A stretch of 64,000 nucleotides of DNA from Paramecium tetraurelia (GCA_000165425.1 CT868540.1:310001-374000), one strand, 5' to 3'; positions 13,500 to 27,871 are shown, counted from the first letter of the stretch. Numbers and translations: made by a program. Notes: generated by a model not told the origin, from the letters alone.

Positions 13500-15073
13500 T
13501 CATTTTATTTACAAAGATTTGCCCTTTAAAGTAACACATAGTGGTTTCTCTGATTTATTATACTAAGAATAGGTTTAGAAAATAGGCCTATTGGTAGTTT
13601 TTCTGTAAGTTATGCATTTTTCATCTCTCAAGAATCTAGGTGTACATAATTTACTATTACTTGGAGAATGAGGATTGAACTAAATATTTATTAGTTGATG
13701 TACATCTGCTGAAGTTTTTAATAATGAAGTAATCTTTTTTGGATTAACGTCACCTTATTTATTTTGCGAAGTTTTGATAAAATTAGTATGTCTTCTTTTA
13801 TGATTTCCAGATAAGATTTAAAACTTCTATAATTCATTAATCAAAGTTATTGGCAGATGATCAATTTTATTTTTGGAATCTTACTTATTATTATTATTGG
13901 GTTCAGTTTAAAAGTGTTCTCTATAACTTGAATTAATCTTATTAATATTTAACTATAAATAGGGTGTCGATTTCACATTAGAGTCGATATTTTAAGATTT
14001 GTTGTATTTATCACTTGGAGGCATTTTATGTTATGATGAGGTGTTCAATATTAGGATGTGATTATTAACCATTTTTTAACTAATGTACCTGTCTGATTTA
14101 GGGTTGGTTTGTAAACTAAATTAATTAGAAAGATAAGTCTATTAGGAATCAATGCTGGTTCTCATATTATGATCTTTTTAAACATTTTACTTTTTATTTG
14201 ATTTCAATTTCAATAATAATGGTAAATCATTTGTATTATAAACTATTTTAATATTCATAATTACATGATGTTTTTGAATAAGTGAATTTATTAGAGTTAA
14301 TTTTGGTAAATTCAAGTTCGTCCTATGTTTGTTCCTTCATTTCTTCGTTTATTCGATTGTGTTATTAATAGTTATAGTTTTAATTCTAGGGCTAATTCAG
14401 TTAGATCAACTGGAGGTACTATTGAAACCTTTCGTAAGTTGTTAATGAATTTTGCTATGAATTAGAAGATTAGTACCTTGATTGATTCTTATAATTCATT
14501 TCTACTTATTAAATAATTTAAATAGCTTATCATGTCATTAAATTAAAAAGGAATGTATCCAAAATTACTAGAAGATTCAACATTTGAATTTTGTCGAACT
14601 TCTTTAATGATGTTATAGAAGACTATAAGAAATGATAGATTTTTATACTTTTCGAAGCATCAGCATCTATGACAGAGTTTTTAAATTCATCCCAATTCAA
14701 AGCATCTAATTTATCATTTAAATTATACTGTCCTTATCCTTGTCAACCACTCTAAAAAAATCTTTAAGCTATTTTTCTGTCACTCCAAACCCATATTTTT
14801 AAAACATATCATACATTTCACTAATATCAATATTTTCTATTGAATTGAAACAATATCATACTTGATTTATCTCTGTCAAAATTAATAAATATTTTCTTTA
14901 TAACCTATTCTTATTTAATCTAATCGGGATGTAGGAGATATTATTATTTTACTTTATTGAAATGTCTTTAATACATAAATATATAATTACCTTCTTCTTA
15001 ACCATGAGTTCACATCATTGGTCTACATCTGAGTTCGAGAAGTTTTTTCTAAAACAGCATTAGTTGAATTCAT
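13500..15073 (-). CDS. EF-hand pair protein with low-complexity C-terminus
   Basis: KIFINFDRDKSKNIDISEMYDMF...FFRVVDKDKDNALNWDEFK; at least six 22-26 nt introns; TGA 13502-13500. Confidence 0.8.
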
Positions 15074-15337
15074 TATTTATTAAAATGATTTTGATTTTAC
15101 TATTAATCTCATAATATCAAAACTCATTCGAAACCATAAATTTGAAAACAAGAATATATTAATTCACTTAAATAAGATAATTTATATTGAACACAATGGA
15201 TAATGATTATGATCACTTATGTATAATATAATATGGAAAGTGAATGAGTTTAATAAAAAATGCTAACCTGGATGTTTTAAGAAAAAGAAAGATATAAATA
15301 GGATAATTTTGATTAATTACTAAAAACATCTAAATTT

Positions 15338-16937
15338 TCAAACCTTAGGTTTTGGCTACTGCATAATTTAAACTTTTTAATCATGTTATGTTATTAAATC
15401 CAATCCTTATAAATTGCCTTGGATATCAGCCCAAGTTACATGCATCTAAAATCAACATATTTTAATTACCTTTGTCAAATTGTTAGCTTGATTATCAGCA
15501 AATTTAATAAAATGTTTTGCATAAATGTCAATATTCTAATCAAAGACTCTTTTAATTTCATTATATGTTGATAGATTATAATAAGCATATGTATCTCTTA
15601 AGTCATTCTACTATGATGTTTCTTTAGGTAACATAACACTCAAACAATACTTTTTATTGTCGATATTTGATTTTAATTCATCTAAGACTTCTTTAGAAAC
15701 TTCCCATTTATTGAACTCTTTTAATTGATAAAACTTTTCTTTTTTTAAATCCAATCGTTCCTTATATTTTTAATATTCAGCTTAACTTTATTATCTTAAC
15801 AGTAGATGTTCTTTTAATTAACCAATTTCTTTGTCATGATATTTAAAGAAGTTTCTAAAGTTATCTTAGATATAGATCATATAATTCTAAAAGTTTCTAC
15901 CCCATATCATCATCATATTATTCAATGTAATGGTAACTGCTTCGAACTTCAATACCTTCTCAGGTTCTTAAACAGCAGCATTAAATTAATTAATGTGATT
16001 GGTAAGCACTTCAAAAGATTCACCCATCTAAAACATTGTAGCTGATATTATTTCGAAATCCTATAACAATTTTTTTGATTATTTCATAATTCTAAATAAT
16101 AAATATTTAGCTTACACATCAAAGTCCAAATTTAAACTCGTCATTAAATTACCAGCAGCTTTGATATAATTATCAGTTTAAGGATTGAAGGCTACTTCAA
16201 TTTATCCTGTCTCACTGACAACCTTATCTAACTTAGTGGTTTTTTGAACTTTCTCCGAAGCGGTTTGGAGAGATTTGAATTCTTTTTCATCTTGCATTCT
16301 TAAGAATTCGCAAAAGTATTTGTCATTCTTGAGAATCGTTGAATTAAGTAAATGATTTAAGAATTTCTAAAAACTTAGGAATTTCATAATTACTTCTAAG
16401 AATTTCATTCTTTTTACTAAGTAAGCATCACTGAATTATCTAGTTGGAGTTTTGTTGGCAATAGGAGGTACAAACACTCCAGGATATTATTTGGTTAAGA
16501 TTTCTCTCAACCATTCGAAATCTGAATACCTTCTGGTGACAGCCCATTAGAATGGTTATGTAGTAATTCTATAGTTAACGTAGGACTTGCTAAGACTAAA
16601 GAATCCTGTATCCTTCTTGTCAAAGCTATTATTAATATATAATGTACTAATCAATTGTAATTTACACATTATTTGTGTTACCTATTTCTGTTCCAATCAG
16701 TTTTTGACAATCAATCTTCCTCTTGAATCCAATGTCATCATCAACGATTTACATCATTGCATTCTTCATTTTTTGATAATCATTGACTGCTTATCTTAAT
16801 TCATCCATCTACCAGATATCCAAATCTTAACCTCCGTTTTCTTTCTTTTTATCCATATACTTAGTAAAGTCTTCACTATCATAACCCTTATTGATGATTT
16901 CATCAACCAAAAACTGCTGTTTGTCCTCCAATGACAT
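15338..16937 (-). CDS. Sorting nexin (PX domain followed by BAR-like helical region)
   Basis: SYVNYRITTQPFQWAVTRRYSDFEWLREILTKQYPGVFVPPIANK...KRMKFLE is a canonical PX motif set. Confidence 0.9.
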
Positions 16938-17024
16938 ATTCTATATTAATTTTTATTATTAAGATTCCTCATTATGTATAACAAGATTATTTAACATGTA
17001 TATTTATTGTTGATATTAACTTAA

Positions 17025-18200
17025 TCAGGTTCTACCTCCTTCCCCACTTGCTCCTACTCCTTAAGCTGAAACCAATTCTCCTTCAACAACATCATCGTCG
17101 TCATCAGGGATTTCTTCAGTTTTGTGTGTAGTAGTTTTAGTTACTGTTTCCTCAATGACTATTTCCTCTGTTTCTTCTTCTTCTTCTTCTTCCTATTCAA
17201 CAGTTTCCTTAGTTACAGTCTCAGTTTATTCGTGGTGTTCTTCATGATGTTCTTCTTCTTTGTGTTCTTCATGATGTACTTCTTCCTTGTGTTCTTCATG
17301 TACTTCTTCTTTGTGTTCTTCATGATGTACTTCTTCCTTATGTTCTTCATGTACTTCTTCCTTATGTTCTTCATGTACTTCTTCCTTGTGTTCTTCATGG
17401 TGTTCTTCATGTACTTCTTCAACAACTTGTTTCTTTTATTGTTATGCTTATCCAACAATAACTTTGTCAAATGAATCAACTCTATTAATTTTAACATCAG
17501 GGTCGCTTTCATGGCATTTCTTATTGATCACTTGGATTTTACCTTCGTTGTCATTAATAATATTGATGGTAACCTAACATCATTATAATTATTTACATCA
17601 GCATTTCCACATTACTTAGCAATATGTTTTCTCTCGTCCAAAAACTTGTTGATCAATTACTCAATTCTATCACAACATTATTTGCTTTCATCTTGATCTA
17701 AACATTATATCGATGAAATACATACTTGTTGCTGTTTGTAATAATTAGATTGAATGTTTCAATTGATCGATTTCATTTGCTCTCCATTACTAATAAATTG
17801 TATGTTGTCTCTTATGTGTATTGTGTCTCAAGGCAGCAAGTACTCTCTTTGCTCTTTGCACAGTGTCTACCATTTAATTTAAACTATGTACTTGAGTTTC
17901 TTTATCTATTAAACTTTTGTTAATTAAGGATTTTATGAGCAGTACTCAATAATCGAATTTCATGATGAATCACTTTCTCATCCTAAAATAGTTCAGCCCA
18001 CATTTTTAATTAGTGACTAACTTATAATAAATTTGCTTAACAATCTAATTGACTATAATCCAAAGTCATGAGTTTATTTAGATTGGTTAAACTTACTCCA
18101 TTTTCGAGTTAAATCAGAGTTTCTTAGAATATACAGATTTAGTACCTTCTTAACACAAACAGACACTAACAAGTACGAAGGTTAAAAAAATTTTGTTCAT
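17025..18200 (-). CDS. Predicted secreted protein with Cys-containing N-domain and His/Glu-rich tandem repeat
   Basis: Signal-like N-terminus MNKIFLTFVLVSVCLCQE; several tiny introns; C-terminal (EEVHEEHK)n then acidic tail ending GEGGRT-TGA. Confidence 0.8.
17233..17421 (-). repeat. Coding minisatellite, about 7 copies of a 24/27-nt unit encoding EEVH(H)EEHK
   Basis: Plus strand shows recurring GTGTTCTTCATG(ATG)TACTTCTTCCTT units. Confidence 0.9.
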
Positions 18201-18622
18201 AAAAATAATTAAAACCGATTTTAAACCCGTTTTTATTTTAATATAAGTCAAACACCAAATATTTATAATATATCAACTATTTACAAAATATTCAAAATTC
18301 TGAAAGGAAATAAAACTCTTGATAAGGACCCCCTTCAAATTGTAATTAAATTTTGAATAATGCATATTATGGATCTTTCTAATTTAAAAATAATATAATT
18401 AACACAAAGGAATTATTATAATGATAATCTCAATTTTTATACATCGAACATCATTATTAAACACCTATCACTCTATTTTTAAATTAGATGGAACTCTTTC
18501 TATCAAAAATATATACTTGCAGGTACATTCCGTATGTATTGACGTGTGAACGTCCCATTGTTTATATCTAATTAATTAAACATAAGCTTAATAATATTAT
18601 TTTTAAGATATTACTCTACAAA

Positions 18623-19209
18623 ATGCAATAGTGCTGTTGTATTTCAACTTAGGATGAGAATGAAAATCTCTCATCTGGTTTGAGTTGGTATAATTTTCAC
18701 CTAAACTCAAATAGCGATTAAGAAGAATGTGAAAATAAAGAAAAAATCGAAAATAAGAGCAAAAATAAAATCTCATTTATTGTTAAAGTCAAGACAGAAG
18801 TAATAACAATTACGATAATTTTAGATCTGTAAATATTGGGCAATAGAAGATTATTGTCCTTATGGATAATAAGTATATAGAAAAATATATAAATAGTGTG
18901 CATTTGCTCATGGCCAACATGAAATAAGATAGAAAACACATGTGCCCCACAATTACAAAACTTAGGTTTGCAAGAATTACATAACTATTGGGTAAAACAT
19001 TGAGTTAAATCAAGTTATTGTTGTTACGGGGAAAGATGCTAATTTAAACATCCTGAAAAAAAAGGGAACCAACTTCCTTGTATAACTTACTAAAATCTCC
19101 TTAATAATATGGGAAACACCTTTTTTAAGCAGAAGTAAGAGGATTGTTCTATATTCCTAGACTTATTAAAAATTAAAAACGCAGTAAAGGTTTGCCTTAT
19201 AAACTTTGA
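18623..19209 (+). CDS. Tandem CCCH zinc-finger RNA-binding protein (TIS11/tristetraprolin family)
   Basis: VKTEICKYWAIEDYCPYGQQCAFAHG...YKTQVCKNYITIGYCCYGERCQFKH after removing five 23-27 nt introns. Confidence 0.92.
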
Positions 19210-19256
19210 TTATAATTTGTATTTATGAATAACTGTTATTATATAATGACTAATTA

Positions 19257-21599
19257 TCAAAAGTAATGAGTAAATTATGGTTCATTTCTTTAGGCATTTA
19301 TATTAATGAGCAACTCCTTCAAATTCGCTTTTGTCACCGGCTTCTCTATAGCTCCGAACATTCCCACTTACTTGAAGGTCTCCAATTATTCTTTTGTTTA
19401 TCGATTCCCAGTGCAAGCAATAATCATAAGACTGCCATCAAACTACAAGAGTTTCTTGGCTGTCTCCAATCCATCCATTTCAGGCATTTCAATATCCAAA
19501 AATATCAGTCTATATTGGCTCAAAGCTCGTTCCTTACATTTTTTTAATGCTATCAACCCTGAAATAGCTGAATCGCAAGTTAAATACAATTATTCCAATA
19601 TGTATTACAAGACTATAATATTGAATTCATTATCATCTACAATCAACACTGGAGGCTATTTAGAAGTTTAATCCAACCAACTATTTGTTTATTCGATAAT
19701 TTAATTTGATTGAGTGGTGGACTTCCTTTGGTAAGACTTCTCACATTCCACATTAAATGGAAGTAATCGATTTGAGGATAATAAATTTGAAGAATTCACT
19801 CTCAAATTGTACTTCTTAATTGATTAATTATTATTTGTAGGAATGCCAGTATAGCTTTCATTAGATGGTTGCTTAACAATTGGCATGACAAACTCTTTCG
19901 ATTTTAGACTGCAACTTTATTACTAGATAAAATGTGACTCAGGCAAATGACTTACATCCTAAGCAGCAGCGCCATCTGAAACTAAGGAATCAGACAGATC
20001 CTCATCAGGAACCTTCTGATTTAAAACTTGAAAAGAAAATGTAGCTCCTTTCTCATATTAAGATTTCACGGAAATCCCTTAATTATTAGAAGATAATAGT
20101 TTTGATAATTCGTTGCTTATTAACAATCCTAAGCCTATTCCATTTGGATTTTTCTCCTAATTTTGTTGGTCTTCGACTCTTGCAAATTCCTAAAAAAGCT
20201 TATCCACATTCTCAGGCTTTATACCTAAGCCAGTGTCAGTTACTAAGATTTTAAAGGTTTAGGTTTTCTTCACATACTCACAAGTAATTACTATCTGTCC
20301 TTTTGCCATTGAATATTTAACAGCATTGCTTAGCAAATTCATAATGATTTATCTAATCCTATTTTTGTCACTATTTATAAACTGGGGTACATTGTCCTCA
20401 TATCTTAATATAATGGTTAATTCTTTTTTCTCTTTCTAAATATCAAAAATTGATATTGTTTTATCGATTAGCTTTTTCAAATTAAACTTTTTGAATACCA
20501 ATCGAATTTTCCTATTTTAAAGTTGAGCTTAATCTAATATGTCATTGACCAAATTCAAAAGTAACCTACATGAATTAAGAGAGGGTTTTAAATATCTTTC
20601 AGAAAGGGCTTTGTCTATTTAATCCTTCAAACATAACTACATATTAATTATTGCATTCAGGGGAGTTCTCATATCATGTGATACTTTGCTTAAAATCTTC
20701 AAGTTTTCTTTAGCATTGTCTATTTAGGGTTCTAACCTTTTAAAATTGGGTTTAACCTTTTTTTAAAGAATGAAAAAGTAATCTTATTACATTGCTAAAC
20801 ACCTAAAATGATTGGTCGAAATGATGCTTTCGTTAATGAATACTTTCTTAACAGCTATAATATGATTGGATTGGGTTTCATATGATTAATCTGACCAATT
20901 ATTTAATGTAGTCTTTAAGTGATTGAAAATTTCCTTGAATTGCAAAGTATTTCTTTCATCTATTAATTTTGGTTGAATACCAACGGTAATTTACTCCCTG
21001 TTTGTAATAATGCGGTCACTTTTTTCATCCGAACTCCTTAGAATATAATCATTCATGATATTCTGAAAATTCTCTTATTCGTTTTCTGGTATAAAATTAT
21101 CATCCAGAATGATCAAAATATCAGAACTTAATTACTTGAAGATCCCTTCCAATTAATCAATTGTGTAAGATTGCCTTTTAAATAAACTGAGAAGCAAAGT
21201 GTAACATAGACAATTTCTCACTATTCCAGTAGCCAAATAATTCATATCCTCAAAAGTCAAGGATGTTGAATGAATACAAAATAAAGCGAATATGATTAAT
21301 CTTGTTAGTTTTTAGTTAAATTTGAATATGCAGGCTATTTAAATTCCTGCATAAATCATCCAAGATTGATACAACATTTAGGAAACAATAAGTATTTATG
21401 CTAATTTAAGTATATTTAGACCGATCTTCAATAGCTATTTCGTTATCATCTGTTCGATTAGAAATATTATGGCGTGGAAAACTACTGAGGATAAGCCTAA
21501 AATTAAATATAATTTCTCGTTAGTGATGTAAAATTGAAAGTGTAATACTATGCCGTCGACAGCCAAGACTATTTATAAAATTTATTGTTCACTTAACAT
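19257..21599 (-). CDS. Membrane hybrid sensor histidine kinase (HisKA + HATPase + receiver)
   Basis: H-box SKVSHDMRTPLNAI; N-box RIRQIIMNLLSNAVKY; G1 VTDTGLGI; G2 GIGLGLLIS; receiver VLIVDDNEFN..IFLDIEMPEMDG..KP; hydrophobic N-terminus; apparently intronless 2343 nt. Confidence 0.95.
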
Positions 21600-21809
21600 T
21601 ATAAATTACTTTAATTGATTAAATAAAAATAAAATAATAACCAAGTCAACAGTTTCTTATTTGGAGTAGTGATTAAAGATCATAGATAAAAAATGTAATA
21701 AATAATTAAGTATAATCAATTATATAAATCTTTAATTTAAGTTATTAAATTACATTATTCCTATGCCAAATGAATCATTAAATTATTTTATTTTTTTAAA
21801 ACTTGGATA

Positions 21810-23217
<1,408 letters not shown>

Positions 23218-23234
23218 ATTTATTGTTGTCTTAT

Positions 23235-24970
23235 TCATTAATATATAAATTTTAATATCTTTGACTTTTCTTCCTTATTTTATTAATCTAGGATTGGGAA
23301 ATGTATAAAGTTGAAGATATTTCTCAATTTTTATGGCTCAATATTAAAGTGTTCAGCCCAAAATAATAAATTATACTAAGATTATTAATAATAATTACTT
23401 GTTTTGGATCTTTATTATTTAGATGTAATACTTTCGGAAGTTCTGTTAATAAGATTCTGCCTTCTTCACTTTTATATATCTAGGTTTTATCATCAATTTA
23501 TAATTTATCAAACTATTCAGCTTTCTTTTACAATTCTTTTAATTCTTCTTCATGAGATGGAATTTAATGCATAACATCTCCCAAAATTTATATTTATTTG
23601 ACTAAATTTAAATCCTTTTCTTTTCTATCATAATATTGAACTGGTTAATCTCCTCCTAATTTCTCTTTTAATGCTTGATTAGCTATAGTATATAAATAAT
23701 TATGATACATTATTCAATCAAGTCTTGGATATCTTGCTTTTTATAATCTGCCAAGACTTTATCTAATTTTGATTCATAAGTGTTATGAGGAATTAAAATT
23801 GATTCGGAGAAGTCGAGAGAATTCTTAACATGAGCTTCCCATTTTTCTGTCCATACTCTTCTTAATAATTCATGAGATTCAACAAAAGGAGGCATTTCTA
23901 GTTTATTTTATTCTTTCCTAATTTTAATTTTATTCAATTCTAAAAGATTATGATAGTCATCATTTATTTTTTCTAATTCTTTATATCCTTCGTCTACCTC
24001 AAGATCAATTCCACTCAAATCTTTTCTCAATAACAAATTCTCAATAATAGCATCAATATCTGGAAACCCTTATTTCAATTTCTAATTTACTTAAACTTAT
24101 ATATACCATTTCTATCCAATCATCATATTTATTACAAAAAATGACACATTTATTATAAACAAACATCATCATTTCTCTTTATTCATTCAATAAAGTGACT
24201 ATGGGATCATCTGATTCAGGTATTCTACTCTTTTCAATAATTTAGATTACACTAGTTTCCTATACATCTAAAGTGGGTCTATTTTCTTAAATTAATCGTT
24301 ATTTATGTTCATCCAATTCTCCAATTTCTTCCTAAAATAATTCTGGAACAACTTCATAGAGTTTCTCTCTTTGAATTGGTAGATTATTCATAACATGATA
24401 ATGAACAGTCTCTATATTTTTCATTGTTTCAGGATTCAATACCAAACCTGAAACATGTCTGTGTTGAAATTCAATATAATTAATCATGGTTAATACAGTT
24501 TTCTTCTCAATTCCTCTTAGAATCACCATATTTGGCTCTAAAACTGCAATATCATTCTCCAAAATCTTTAATTCTTCTTTCTCTTTATCAATCTAAGTCA
24601 ATTAATTATTAATGTCCTCTAATTCTTTAAGAAGGGATTGTCTTCTTTATTCATCCATTGTGACATCTTTACTTATATTGTTATTTTCAAGTGAAGCATT
24701 AGTAGATACAAAATCAATTTAACTTGATTCAAATTATTTTATTAATGCAATTTCCTTTTCTAATACCCTTTTCTTCAATTTATTCTTATATTCAATCAAT
24801 TGCAATCTCTACTTTCTTCTCTCCTTTTCATACTTATCGAATTCATTTTAGATATCAACATGCTTGTACAACCTTTATTTCCCTGGTGTAGGTGCACTTC
24901 TTAAATAACTATTGAAATTTGTTTATAAGAATCTATGCCAAGTTTAATATAGTTTTTATTTAATTGACAT
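23235..24970 (-). CDS. Hypothetical, probably mitochondrial, protein; C-terminus NDUFAF4-like
   Basis: Long code-6 ORF joining ORF-track fragments 24332 and 23710; C-terminus EEGRILLTELPKVLHLNNKDPKQYNLLFWAEHFNIEPQKLRNIFNFIHFP; family assignment is inference. Confidence 0.7.
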
Positions 24971-24980
24971 ATATAAAATA

Positions 24981-27831
24981 ATGAAATTAATTACTGCATT
25001 ATTGATAATATCAATTGCCTTCTTAATTCCTCTTTTAGACAAAAACAATTACACTTATTTTTTATATGGAACCTTGTATACTATTTACATTGAATTCCTC
25101 GTTTTCATATGGATATTACGTTATCGTATGTTGAAAAGAATTAACAACTCTAAATTGACAATAGGATTCAAATAAATAGCTTCTATGATAAATCATTCTA
25201 CTAATTTTCAATCATATATACCTGATGACTCTGATAAACTAAATGATTCCTCGCTATCACTTAGTGCTTATGAGCCAAGCCAAGTCGATATCATTGAATA
25301 AGTTGAGTAAACTGATGATCTGCCTGCTGCATAGAAGAGTCGAATACACCAATAAGCAGATCTCTATCTTAATTAAATCAAGAATTATTTCGGTTCCTAG
25401 AAACTACCTCTTATCAAATTGGACAGAAAAGGATTACTCTAAAAATATCAATGTGTGACTAATTTAACAGATTCGCTTTTAACTTATTATTCAAATCTAG
25501 AAAAGAGTTTTGAATTGCAGAATTAGGCTTCTCTGTTAAGTAAATTAGCCAAAAAAGAATCCTTGTCCATTTTAGATCAAATTGATACATCTTAATAACA
25601 CAAAATCTTGTTTTAAGAATTGAATAATGAATAGTAGTTGTTGCTCAATTCCTTCACATAAATTCAAGGCAGAAACATCATAGTACCTCATTGGAATACT
25701 ATCAAACAGTAAATTAAACAACTCAATTACATCTTCTAATAACAACGATATTAAATTCTCAAAGTAGCACAACCCCAAATCCAATCTATTTAGAAAACTT
25801 ATCTTGACGAATACAAGAATATCAAGAAATTAAAAAACTAAACCCAATCCTAATATGATGATGTATTTCGGAAAAACTAAAATTATGAAGGATAAAAGCA
25901 ATTACTTGAAAAAGATCTAGAAAACAATAATACTCAATATAGAGAATTAAAAAAAAATAAAACAAATCCAGAAAAGCTAATTAAAATGGAAATGTCTATA
26001 AAACTATCCACACAGTAACTGTCCACAATTTAACATAAGTTATAGAGTTCTAAGTATGAACTTAAGGAATTATAAGTGGCAATAACCAAAACAAATTAGC
26101 AATTAAATGAGTTTAAAGACAATTGGGATAGATAATTTATTGTAATGTATCAGACAGTCATTCGATCACTTTTACAAACCCATTATGATAACTATGAGCA
26201 ATATCTGAAATCATTTAAAAGTATACTGAAATTATAACACATATAAACTGATTCGCATTTGAGTTAGAGTTAAACAAATGCTCCAACGTAAATACTATAT
26301 CGGCAATAACGCACTGTATCATTGGATGAAACAGATCCTCCTAGATTAATGAGAAATGAGAAGGAAGAACTTTAAGAATTAATAAAAAAGTTCAAATTTT
26401 ATGAAGATCAAATTCATTTATTCGAAAAGTATGATGGAGAATGCTTAGACTTTTTTGTTGAAATTGGAGAAGTTATTAAGAAAATAACATCAGATGAAAT
26501 AAAAGTACAATTAGTTTAACTGAAAGATATTTGGATAACTGATTTATTTACAAAAAGCTTTCCTAAGGATAAATCATTTTATTTAAATCTTATGGCTCAG
26601 GTTAAATTGATTACCAATAATTTTGTTGAAGATAGAACTAAACTCTATAAGGAATACAAAGAAACATAAGTGTCTGTTAAAGAGAGGATCAATAATATTA
26701 CTTACTTATTCAATTGCATTTTGAAGGATTCCGAAAAATTTAATCCTATTAAAGTGGATGGATTCACAGATTATCAAAGGATGAAATAATAATTTAAATA
26801 GAATTATTGTTAATATCAATAGGAAGCAGATCAACTCAAAAAAAAACTAAGCCAATATGAAAATAAATATAAACACTATATTGATTAACATTTTGAAATA
26901 ATCTCCAAAACTAAATTCCAGTTTATTTTATCTTTTGCCACTCTTTCAAAGTGTGTAGTTAATCATACAATGAAAATGATTGATGAATGTAATAATTATC
27001 TATAATTATCTAGTTGACCAAATGTATTAGTCATAAGATTAAATAGTTAAAAGTTTACTTGATAATCAAGCTAACATATCATTCATTCCAAAAGACATTT
27101 AAATCAATCAAACTTCAAATTTACTCCATAATAATACAACTACCATTCCAAAAACTAGTTCTAGATCCAATAGCTAAATTACTAAGCAGCCTAATGATAC
27201 AGTGAACTCATTAAAGGAGACATTTGTACTAAAATAATTAATAAGAGTATTATTTCTATAATGGACTAAATCTATCTATTTTAGATAGAAATTTATGACA
27301 GAATTATATAGATCTTTGAATAAGAAGAGACCATCCTAATTAGATGAGATATATGTAACATTTATAGACATTGGAGGAGAACCCCCAGAAGTCTTGCAAT
27401 TTATTCCACAAAAAAACACCGATTCTTGTATATTTGATTTAGAACTATCATTTAGAGGTTTCTTCTATATGGAGTTAGAAACCTTTGTTACTATCAGTTG
27501 GGCTAAAAAGCATTTACCTGTTAATATTAAAGTCAAATTAACATCCTTAAACGGACGATTGAGGTTATGTTATACACCAAACTTTATTGGCCGTAGCTGG
27601 GTTTCATTTGTAGGAGAACCCTCTATGAATATTAGTATTGAACCTACAATATCCAAATATAATATTTCTGTTGCTAATGACATAATAAAAGAATTTCTTA
27701 TTTACAAAATCAAGATGTTAACCTATCCAAATAGAGAAACGATCACAGTCCCTTTAGCTGAATTTGAAACAGAAATACCTTAGAGTGCCCTTGACAAAAT
27801 TAAATAATTTGTTGATAAAATGAAAAATTGA
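24981..27831 (+). CDS. N-terminal membrane-anchored protein with long helical region and C-terminal SMP (TULIP) lipid-transfer domain
   Basis: Two hydrophobic N-terminal segments; C-terminal LNKKRPSQLDEIYVTFIDIGGEPPEV...VKLTSLNGRLRLCYTPNFIGRSWVSFVGEPSMNISIEP resembles TEX2/Nvj2/Mmm1 SMP domains. Confidence 0.75.
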
Positions 27832-27871
27832 ATAATGGAGTCATACTTATAAATATATATATATATAGGTA

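Noticed and set aside
17124..17577. Phe/Met-rich ORFs 17124-17474 (+), 17213-17512 (-) and 17386-17577 (+) from the ORF track
   Set aside because: Antisense or off-frame shadows of the EEVHEEHK coding repeat
19257..21599. Bacterial contamination or recent horizontal transfer of a two-component kinase
   Set aside because: Uses TAA/TAG as Gln, has host-like AT content and sits tightly between intron-containing ciliate genes
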